Assembly (NCBI GenBank): GCA_020060565.1
Contig: JAGVAE010000003.1
Location: 86,072-132,504 of the forward strand
DNA: 46,433 nt
Reading direction: 5' to 3'
Source of the DNA: Candidatus Woesebacteria bacterium
GTDB taxonomy: Bacteria > Patescibacteriota > Microgenomatia > UBA8517
A program made the translations under genes and the position numbers. Numbering within the stretch: the stretch's first letter is position 1; the number at the start of each line of letters is the position of its first letter. This document shows, piece by piece, positions 18,278-25,420 of this stretch. A model generated the notes under the pieces. It saw only the letters and a list, made by a program, of their open reading frames with translations, searched no databases and was not told the origin of the DNA.

Positions 18278-18351
18278 TGCACCCAGCAAGAATTGAACTT
18301 GCAACCTTCCGTTCCGAAGACGGACGCTCTATCCAATTGAGCTATGGGTGC
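18278..18351 (-). tRNA. tRNA-Arg (anticodon TCG)
   Basis: Cloverleaf: GCACCCA acceptor, GCTC/GAGC D stem, TCCGT-CTTCGGA-ACGGA anticodon arm, GCAAG-TTCAATT-CTTGC T arm. Confidence 0.9.
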
Positions 18352-18377
18352 TCAATTACGCTATAATTATACCCTAG

Positions 18378-19466
18378 ATGCTAACAATTGACGAACAGAT
18401 AGAACAAATTGAGGAAGTTTTAAGGAAAACTCCACACCATAAAGCCACAAATGGATTCATTGGAGCTATGAGAGCCAAGATTGCCAGATTGAGGGACAAA
18501 CAAATGGACGGTGGCGCCCTTCTTCGCCAAGGCTCCGGCGGACAAGGAGGATTTACTGTTAAAAAACAAGGAGATGCAACAGTTGTACTGGTTGGACCAC
18601 CATCAGCTGGGAAATCCACACTTATTAACCAACTAACAAATGCAGAATCAAAGGTGGCCCCATATGCTTTTACAACTGTTACGGTAGTTCCTGGAATGCT
18701 CAAGCATAATGAAGCCTACATCCAAATATTAGACATTCCTGGTCTTATTGAAGGAGCAAAGGAGGGAAAGGGAAGGGGACGGGAGGTTTTGTCAGTTGCC
18801 AAAGGAGCAGATCTTCTCGTAATTATGACTGATGTTAAACGGGTTAGTGCATTTGCCTCCATGGTTAAGGAATTAGACGGCGCAGGAATTAGAATCAACG
18901 AGGAGCCTCCCAAGGTTTTAATTGAAAAAAAAATAAGTGGAGGACTTGAAGTCTTTTCTAATTTTAAGCAACCCATAGATAAAGAAACCATCAAAGAAAT
19001 TGCCCGTGAATTCGGAATAAAGAATGGAACAATTACTCTTCAAGAAAGGATCAGCCAAAAACGTCTTTTTGACGCCTTTTCTCCCAATCGTGTTTATGTT
19101 CCCGCAATATTTGTAATAAACAAAATAGATATGGAGCCAAATTATAAGCAAATGATAGACGGTGATTTTGTTGCTATAAGCGCAGATAATAAAATGGGGG
19201 TGGATACTTTAATTGATGAGATTTGGAAGGCCTTAAAATTTGTTACAGTATACTTAGTTAAACCTGATATTGAACCTGATTTTAGCGACCCAATCGTTAT
19301 GAAAAATGGTGAAACATTGCGTGACGTTTCTATCAAAATTGGTTCAGACTTTGCAAGTAGCAAGAAACTAGTTAAAATTTGGGGGACGACTGCAAAGTTC
19401 CCTGGACAAGAAGTGTCTTTTGACACTAAAGTTGTTGAAGGAATGCAAATAAGATTTCTTTCTTAA
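18378..19466 (+). CDS. DRG/Rbg-type OBG-family GTPase with C-terminal TGS domain
   Basis: The N-terminal helix (IEQIEEVLRKTPHHKATNGFIGAMRAKIARLRDK) is followed by a G domain (LVGPPSAGKSTLINQLT, FTTVTVVPG, ILDIPGLIEGAKEGKGRGREVLSVAKGADL). The C-terminal TGS region reads LVKIWGTTAKFPGQEVSFDTKVVEGMQI. This layout and motif wording match DRG proteins of archaea and eukaryotes. Confidence 0.8.
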   Translation: MLTIDEQIEQIEEVLRKTPHHKATNGFIGAMRAKIARLRDKQMDGGALLRQGSGGQGGFTVKKQGDATVVLVGPPSAGKSTLINQLTNAESKVAPYAFTTVTVVPGMLKHNEAYIQILDIPGLIEGAKEGKGRGREVLSVAKGADLLVIMTDVKRVSAFASMVKELDGAGIRINEEPPKVLIEKKISGGLEVFSNFKQPIDKETIKEIAREFGIKNGTITLQERISQKRLFDAFSPNRVYVPAIFVINKIDMEPNYKQMIDGDFVAISADNKMGVDTLIDEIWKALKFVTVYLVKPDIEPDFSDPIVMKNGETLRDVSIKIGSDFASSKKLVKIWGTTAKFPGQEVSFDTKVVEGMQIRFLS

Positions 19467-19468
19467 CC

Positions 19469-20290
19469 ATGAATTACGAATTAATTGACAGCGGTGAAGG
19501 ACGTAGACTTGAACGTTTTGGCGACTATATACTTGACCGACCAGATCCCCAAATAATTTGGAATAAAGATTTGGAAGAAAAGGAGTGGGAAAAGGCAAAT
19601 GCTAAATTTACTGATAAATGGATTAACAAAGATGTTCCTGAAAGGTGGCAAATGGATCACAATGGTATTAAATTTTGGGCAAAATTAGCACCTTTTAAAC
19701 ATACTGGAATCTTTCCTGAGCAGTCAGGACAATGGGAGTACATCAATAATCAAATACTTAACTCTTCAAAGTTGCAAATTAACTTTCTTAATTTATTTGC
19801 CTATACTGGAATTGCCTCTCTTTTTGCTGCAAAAGCAGGAGCAAAAGTTACCCATGTTGATGCCAGCCGTCCAGCAGTAACTTGGGCCAATGAAAATCGC
19901 AATTTGAATGGTATGCAATCTTCACCAATTCGTTGGATGATTGACGACGCTCTAAAATTTACTGAAAGAGAAGCCAAGAGACAAATTAAATACGATGCAA
20001 TTATTATGGATCCGCCTGTATATGGTCACGCTCCAAATGGAGAGCCATGGGACTTTAACAAAGATTTTCCTAAACTTCTAGAAAACTGCAGAAAAATATT
20101 AACTGAGAAACCTTTATTTGTTTTAGTAAACGCATATGCAATCTCATCATCATCAATAACTCTGGCAAACACACTTCAAGGAATATTTGGTGATCTTGAA
20201 GGTAGTATTGAAAATGGAGAACTTACCATAAAAGAAACTTCAGGGGGCAGACTTCTTTCCACAGGCATCTGGGCAAAGTGGAGTATCTAA
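19469..20290 (+). CDS. Class I SAM-dependent methyltransferase (RlmI/RlmK-like rRNA methyltransferase family)
   Basis: It has ELIDSGEGRRLERFGDY at the N-terminus, NLFAYTGIASLFAAKAGAKVTHVD (SAM motif I) and IIMDPPVYG (motif IV). It starts 2 nt after the DRG gene stop. Confidence 0.7.
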   Translation: MNYELIDSGEGRRLERFGDYILDRPDPQIIWNKDLEEKEWEKANAKFTDKWINKDVPERWQMDHNGIKFWAKLAPFKHTGIFPEQSGQWEYINNQILNSSKLQINFLNLFAYTGIASLFAAKAGAKVTHVDASRPAVTWANENRNLNGMQSSPIRWMIDDALKFTEREAKRQIKYDAIIMDPPVYGHAPNGEPWDFNKDFPKLLENCRKILTEKPLFVLVNAYAISSSSITLANTLQGIFGDLEGSIENGELTIKETSGGRLLSTGIWAKWSI

Positions 20291-20331
20291 ACTTTTTTTA
20301 AGTCAGGAAATAATGCTATAGTACTTATAAT

Positions 20332-21084
20332 ATGTCTGAAGATGCCATAGAAATTCAAGAAGCTGATATTAAAAATTTTGATTCACAAAAAGAACCAGAA
20401 ATCACTATTGTTGATAGAGATATCTTAGACAGTGACCTAATGCTTCAACTGAAACGCCCAGGAACTGAGATAAGACTCAATAATGGGTTACACATAAATT
20501 TAGGATTACCTCGGATAGAAAGTAATAATATATTTTTTCCACCACACAGTCCTTATGTTTTTGAGGCTGACATCACTATGGTTCGTGAGGGACGAATTGG
20601 TGGAGCCGTTGATAAGGCGATAGATCGCGAAGCTTTAGGAACAATTGAATCTAAAACTTTCGAAGGGGACAAACACGGTAAATTTCTCAATCTTGGAAAA
20701 TGTGTCATTATATATGCCCATGGAATAAGCAGGGGTGGAGGCAGTGAATGGTATTTTGAGGATGGGCAAAATATCCCAGATGTAACTCTGGCCTACAATG
20801 AATTTGCAGAAGAACATAAGTTACCAAAAATAGAACTTGTAGCATCTTGCAACGCCGATCCAAACGAAGTCGACCTTCAAACCAATAAACCACTTTTGCA
20901 ATCTAACGATATACGCGTAGGTGCATTCGGAGAAGAACGTGGTATTGCTTATGCTGTAGGGGAATTGGGTTATGGTTCAGGCAGAGTTGATCCCAATCGA
21001 GGTATTATTTTTACATATGAAGTTCAGAGAGAGGATATTTTTAATATTGACTACTTAATAGCCAAACGGGAATTTCAGATTTAA
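20332..21084 (+). CDS. Hypothetical protein (250 aa)
   Basis: It is a clean ORF with no motif recognised. An extended -10-like TGCTATAGT lies 9 nt upstream of the ATG. Confidence 0.55.
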   Translation: MSEDAIEIQEADIKNFDSQKEPEITIVDRDILDSDLMLQLKRPGTEIRLNNGLHINLGLPRIESNNIFFPPHSPYVFEADITMVREGRIGGAVDKAIDREALGTIESKTFEGDKHGKFLNLGKCVIIYAHGISRGGGSEWYFEDGQNIPDVTLAYNEFAEEHKLPKIELVASCNADPNEVDLQTNKPLLQSNDIRVGAFGEERGIAYAVGELGYGSGRVDPNRGIIFTYEVQREDIFNIDYLIAKREFQI

Positions 21085-21116
21085 GTTAAATTATGTGTTA
21101 AAATAGCCTTGCGTAA

Positions 21117-21188
21117 GGGCTCATAGCTCAGCGGTAGAGCAATTCCCTCTTAAGGAAAAGGTCGATGGTTCGAATCCATCTGAGCTCA
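21117..21188 (+). tRNA. tRNA-Lys (anticodon CTT)
   Basis: Cloverleaf: GGGCTCA acceptor, GCTC/GAGC D stem, ATTCC-CTCTTAA-GGAAA anticodon arm (one A:A mismatch at 27:43), GATGG-TTCGAAT-CCATC T arm. Confidence 0.82.
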
Positions 21189-21282
21189 CTTTTAGAAAAC
21201 AATTCTGCCGAAGACTACTTACATTTGAGGAAGGTTGTGAAAAGTCTTTAGTTGTAATTGATTATTTGTCAAAATGCCTAGT

Positions 21283-21843
21283 TTACTCGTCTTTTGATTC
21301 TAATTTACCCATTTTTTCTTCTATTAGCATTCTGAGGTATCGTGATTTTGACATATTTTTCCTTTTGCTTTCAATTTCTAAATAATTATTAATTTCTCTC
21401 GTTGATATAAAATTAAACTTGGCAAATTTCCGTGTTAGTAATTTATCAAGATTAATTTTTAGCTTGCCCGTAAGGTTTGTCTCATTGTAGCTAACAATAT
21501 TCAGTAATTCTGATTCCGTACCCAAAGTAAACCTGGAGGGTTCCTTGGCATTTTCGTTGACTAAAGCTATTACAGGTACTTTGTTATTTATTGAATAAGC
21601 TATTTGTTGACCGACTCCTGTCGAAGGGGTGCTTATTTCAGCGACTAAGACATCCGCACTTTTTATAGCCTTTATTGCTTCATCGAAGACCTGCTGTGGA
21701 GAAAGTATTTTTTTATCCTGAAGCCAATTGAACAAAATTTTCCCCCCTGCTAATTCAATGCAGTCAACAATTTTCCGATACAAATCAAAACTCTGGTTGT
21801 ACAAAGATGATGCAGAAAAATACACATTTACCTTTTTGCCCAT
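21283..21843 (-). CDS. Fusion protein: nucleoside 2-deoxyribosyltransferase-like (NDT/Rossmann-like) domain + C-terminal ribbon-helix-helix (CopG-like) DNA-binding domain
   Basis: The N-terminal domain reads KVNVYFSASS...SADVLVAEISTPSTGVGQQIAYSINNKVPVIALV, the NDT-like pattern, but with Gln where the catalytic Glu is expected. The C-terminal part (KFNFISTREINNYLEIESKRKNMSKSRYLRMLIEEKM) fits the strand-helix-turn-helix of RHH regulators. Confidence 0.6.
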   Translation of the reverse strand: MGKKVNVYFSASSLYNQSFDLYRKIVDCIELAGGKILFNWLQDKKILSPQQVFDEAIKAIKSADVLVAEISTPSTGVGQQIAYSINNKVPVIALVNENAKEPSRFTLGTESELLNIVSYNETNLTGKLKINLDKLLTRKFAKFNFISTREINNYLEIESKRKNMSKSRYLRMLIEEKMGKLESKDE

Positions 21844-21848
21844 ACATA

Positions 21849-21897
21849 ATTATATCATGGCGCCATCGTTGCGCCATAGTTAAAAACGTACTATAAT
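21849..21897. promoter_or_regulatory. Divergent promoter/operator region: two TATAAT boxes flanking the perfect palindrome ATGGCGC-N7-GCGCCAT
   Basis: The palindrome is at 21857-21877. A plus-strand TATAAT at 21892-21897 lies 6 nt before the ATG at 21904. A minus-strand TATAAT at 21854-21849 lies 5 nt before the ATG at 21843. No Shine-Dalgarno can fit on either side. Confidence 0.45.
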
Positions 21898-21903
21898 CCA
21901 GAC

Positions 21904-22509
21904 ATGATATTTATAGCTGGACCACATGACGCTGGAAAAACAACTATCGCCAGTTATTTGAGGGATTTCGGTTTTTTGCATATTGAAACCAGCACTATTG
22001 TAAAAGCTAAGCATAAAGAGATGGCTCCAGATACAAATTTTGGTGAGTGGGCAATTGGACAAAACCATTGTTTTGACAAATATATCGCACAAGCCGTTGT
22101 GAAGATCGAACAAGCGATAAAAAGGTCGAATGGAAGATATCAAGATATTGTTGTTACAGGAAACAGGCAGATTGGTGGAATCAATTATCTTATTAATGAA
22201 ATTCCACCCTTAAGACAAAACTTAATAATTTATGTTGAAGCTGACGAACTCACACTCTTTAATCGCCATATGAGTAGACCTGACGGAGCTATCCAAGGGC
22301 TGACCTTACAAAGATTTAGAGACGAGGTATTAGCATACGATCAAAAAATGGGGGTAGAAAAGATTAAAGAGGCTGCTGACATTGTCATTTGTAATAATGG
22401 TGAAGTTTACTCTTGTTTGGAAACAGTATTCTCATTTTTACAATCGAGAGGATATGTCTTTCCAAATTCAAATATCGAAGGTAATCGTAGAGGAAGAGAG
22501 ATTGAATAA
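21904..22509 (+). CDS. P-loop nucleotide/nucleoside kinase-like protein (NMP-kinase fold, UPF0200/dephospho-CoA-kinase-like)
   Basis: It has a Walker A motif at the extreme N-terminus (MIFIAGPHDAGKTTIASYL). VVTGNRQ, IIYVEAD...LFNRHMSRPDG and ADIVICNNGEV fit small archaeal-type nucleotide kinases. It is the first gene of the coupled operon. Confidence 0.6.
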   Translation: MIFIAGPHDAGKTTIASYLRDFGFLHIETSTIVKAKHKEMAPDTNFGEWAIGQNHCFDKYIAQAVVKIEQAIKRSNGRYQDIVVTGNRQIGGINYLINEIPPLRQNLIIYVEADELTLFNRHMSRPDGAIQGLTLQRFRDEVLAYDQKMGVEKIKEAADIVICNNGEVYSCLETVFSFLQSRGYVFPNSNIEGNRRGREIE

Positions 22510-22510
22510 T

Positions 22511-23629
22511 ATGAGTAATCCTGCAAAAACTGAGCTAACAGTCCCCTGCCATTGGAACAAACCTGTCATGGACCAGATTTTGCGTCAAAACGACACAGCA
22601 ACTACCAAAGTTGCTGAAGTGTATGGTGTTTTAGCTGATGGTGGGCCCGTTGGACATGGTAGATCATCAGATGCCGTTGTTAATGTTGCACGACAAGAAG
22701 CTATAGATTTTAGAAATCATCTTAGAGATTCTGGAATAAGATTTACATATCTTTTGAATGCGCCGTTTAAATTTAAAGATGACGCTAACCAATTAAAGGA
22801 TCTTAATGCATATTTGGGCTGGGTATTAGGAGAATTAAAACCTGACGCACTAACCATATCATCATACGAATTAATGAAACATGTCAGAACGATAGATAGA
22901 GACATTTCGATACATGTGTCCACTATTGCAGGTGTAAAGAACGTTAGAGACCTGCAGAATTACATGGACGCCAGACCAGATGGGGTGGTTCCTCATCACG
23001 ACGTTGGTAAAAACTGGAAAGATCTTGCTGAACTTACTTCTTTTGGAAAAACAAATGGGATTAAAACCGAACTACTTGTAACCGAAAGTTGTTTATATCA
23101 ATGTCCTTCAAGAGTAGCTCATTATGAACACCTGGCTCGCGGAATGGCCGACTCTCCATTTCATCTTGTTTGTAACGCAAGAAAATTTATTAACCCTTCT
23201 GAATTTCTGTTGGCAGGTGGTGTTATCAGACCAGAAGATCAATCAATGTTTAAAGAATTAGGAGTTAACTGCCTTAAAATTTCAGGAAGGTCAAAGCCCG
23301 CAGAATGGTTACCCGAAACTGTTGGAGCATACCAAAGAGGAAGTTATGATGGCAATTTGATACGTCTTTTAGGAATTGACCCATCTTTAAGGGCTGAAGA
23401 GTGGTTTTATATTGACAATAAGGCTTTATATGGATTTATGAGTGATTTTCCATCAAATCATAGTGATGAAAAAAGAAGAAAATATTGTGAACAATGGGCT
23501 TTAAAACTTCATAGTGAAGGTAAATTAATTGTAAAAGATGGTTCCAAATACGATGAAGTTGAAGGAAATCTAAGACTGCAAGAAGGTGGAAATTGTATAG
23601 CCCCAATAATTAGAAGGGAAATTGGATAA
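22511..23629 (+). CDS. Peptidase-U32-family protein (family of UbiU/UbiV, TrhP, RlhA)
   Basis: The ATG lies 1 nt after the kinase stop; the ORF-track start at 22382 is an upstream extension inside the kinase gene. U32-like segments are TELLVTESCLYQCPSRVAHY (the Cys-rich signature region) and LGVNCLKISGRSK (compare KIEGR). Cys residues occur at PCHW, CLYQC and LVCN. Confidence 0.6.
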   Translation: MSNPAKTELTVPCHWNKPVMDQILRQNDTATTKVAEVYGVLADGGPVGHGRSSDAVVNVARQEAIDFRNHLRDSGIRFTYLLNAPFKFKDDANQLKDLNAYLGWVLGELKPDALTISSYELMKHVRTIDRDISIHVSTIAGVKNVRDLQNYMDARPDGVVPHHDVGKNWKDLAELTSFGKTNGIKTELLVTESCLYQCPSRVAHYEHLARGMADSPFHLVCNARKFINPSEFLLAGGVIRPEDQSMFKELGVNCLKISGRSKPAEWLPETVGAYQRGSYDGNLIRLLGIDPSLRAEEWFYIDNKALYGFMSDFPSNHSDEKRRKYCEQWALKLHSEGKLIVKDGSKYDEVEGNLRLQEGGNCIAPIIRREIG

Positions 23630-23631
23630 TT

Positions 23632-24408
23632 ATGAATATAGAAACTTTAGGTGAAATACACGAGATTGATCACAATTGGACGGTAATTGCGGGGCCTTGT
23701 GCTGCTGAATCTGAAGAGCAAATTGTCCAATCCAGTAGGATGGTTGCAAAAAGTGGAGCGCAAGTCCTACGAGCAGGTTTGTGGAAGCCAAGGACAGATC
23801 CTGACTCATGGCAAGGAGCGGGAGAAAAAGCGTTAGAGTGGATGAAAGAAGCCAAGAGACAAACGGGGATAGCCATAACAACTGAAGCAAACAGTACTAG
23901 CACTATTGAAGCAACATTAAAGGCTGAATTTGATATTCTCTGGGTTGGCTCAAGAAATTCAACTTATTTTCCATTATTAGACGAGATTGGAAAGCAAACC
24001 TCAGAAAAACAAGTTCCAGTTATTTTAAAACGAGGTATGGGGTCAGAGTTAGATGAATGGTTAGGTGCAGCAGATTATATAAGGAGACATAACCCAAATG
24101 TAATCCTGTGTGAGAGAGGCATCAAGGGATTTAATAAATGCACAAGAAATACTTTAGATTTACAGACCGCAAAGCTGGCCCAAATTGAATCAGGTCTACC
24201 AGTAATTATTGATGTAAGTCATGCTGCTGGTAGAAGAGATTTAATATTGCCGATGGCATTGGCAGTCAAAGCTGCTGGATTTAATGGTTTAATGATCGAA
24301 ACTCATCCAAAGCCAGATCTTGCGATGACAGATTCCAAGCAGCAAATCTCTTTAGAAAATTTTGAAAATCTTATGGATAAATTGAAAACAATTCCCAACC
24401 AAATATGA
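23632..24408 (+). CDS. 3-deoxy-7-phosphoheptulonate (DAHP) synthase class I-beta / KDO8P-synthase family PEP aldolase
   Basis: It shows near-collinear motif matches to I-beta DAHPS: VIAGPCAAES, LWKPRTDPDSWQG, VGSRN, ILKRGMG, ILCERGIKGF, IIDVSHAAGRR, MIETHPKPDLAMTDS. All four metal ligands (Cys, His, Glu, Asp) are present. Confidence 0.8.
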   Translation: MNIETLGEIHEIDHNWTVIAGPCAAESEEQIVQSSRMVAKSGAQVLRAGLWKPRTDPDSWQGAGEKALEWMKEAKRQTGIAITTEANSTSTIEATLKAEFDILWVGSRNSTYFPLLDEIGKQTSEKQVPVILKRGMGSELDEWLGAADYIRRHNPNVILCERGIKGFNKCTRNTLDLQTAKLAQIESGLPVIIDVSHAAGRRDLILPMALAVKAAGFNGLMIETHPKPDLAMTDSKQQISLENFENLMDKLKTIPNQI

Positions 24409-25418
24409 ACCAAGATTATTTAAAAGCATCAAGAGATTCCGATAAACGTGGCAAACATGATTATTGTATGTCAAGTAATTATGATGAGAAATTAGTAAGA
24501 TTTTTCCCAAAAATATCTAATAAGGAAATTTATAATTTATCAGCGAATTATCCAACACAGACATATGAAGATTTAAAAAGATCGATTCAAAAATTGTTTA
24601 AAATTAAAAACGTAATTCTTTCGGCTGGTTGTGAAGATCTTATTATTAAAATTTGTAAATCGATTAGTAAAAGCAAATATCAATTAGGGGTTGTCATACC
24701 AACCTTTTATCGTATAACTGATAATCTTCATAAATTCACACCAATAGATTGGAATAATATTGAGAATACAGACTATAAGAGATTTGACTACGTCTTTATT
24801 GTAAACCCAAATGCACTAAACGGCCAAAACCTTTCTAAGAAAATCATCTTAAATATTATTAAACAAAATCCTAATACAATTTTTATTATTGATGAAACAT
24901 CAATTTTATTTTTAGAAAATTGGAAACAAATATCTTTAACAAGTGAAATAAATAAGAATAATAATTTGTTAATTATTACATCGTTAGGTAAATTTTTCGG
25001 TCTTTCTGGACAACGAATTGGATTTGCAACTGGTCTCCCAGAACTTTTAACTAGGTTGCAACTTGGTCAAGAAACCTTTCCGATCTCAAACATAAGTGCC
25101 TTCATTGTAAATAATATTATCTCAAACAGTTCTTTTGCAAAAATTGTAAGACAAAGAATATTAAAGAATAAGGGTGAAATTTTTAAACTGCTTGAAAAAA
25201 GCAAAAAAATTGGTTTAATGCCATCATTAAACAATTGTATATATTGCTTTTCAAAACATGGATTTGAATTGCATAAAATTCTTGATAGGGTAGGAATTTT
25301 TGGTTTAGATCTTGACTGCCAAAAAGGAATTACGCAAAAAGGCCTAGTACGTTTGACCATACACGGTTCACCCACTAAACATAAATTTCTTATTGAAAAA
25401 CTAAAGTTAATTAAATAA
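24405..25418 (+). CDS. PLP-dependent aminotransferase class I/II (HisC / CobD-like)
   Basis: The ATGA overlap with the upstream stop indicates coupling. Motifs: VNPNALNGQ (compare NPNNPTG), IIDETSILF, and ITSLGKFFGLSGQRIGF with the PLP lysine. Confidence 0.7.
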   Translation: MNQDYLKASRDSDKRGKHDYCMSSNYDEKLVRFFPKISNKEIYNLSANYPTQTYEDLKRSIQKLFKIKNVILSAGCEDLIIKICKSISKSKYQLGVVIPTFYRITDNLHKFTPIDWNNIENTDYKRFDYVFIVNPNALNGQNLSKKIILNIIKQNPNTIFIIDETSILFLENWKQISLTSEINKNNNLLIITSLGKFFGLSGQRIGFATGLPELLTRLQLGQETFPISNISAFIVNNIISNSSFAKIVRQRILKNKGEIFKLLEKSKKIGLMPSLNNCIYCFSKHGFELHKILDRVGIFGLDLDCQKGITQKGLVRLTIHGSPTKHKFLIEKLKLIK

Positions 25419-25420
25419 AG

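Noticed and set aside
18227-18304. N-terminal extension of the pyrG ORF to 18304 (MQVQFLLGAQIFPLDTPSLHRINCSIL...)
   Set aside because: The extension overlaps tRNA-Arg(TCG) at 18278-18351. CTP synthases begin at the KYIFVTGG motif, and a TTG at 18226 gives exactly that N-terminus.
22382-22510. Upstream extension of the U32-like ORF (the track start at 22382)
   Set aside because: It lies wholly inside the 3' end of the kinase gene in another frame. The ATG at 22511, 1 nt after the kinase stop, fits the coupling seen at the other junctions.
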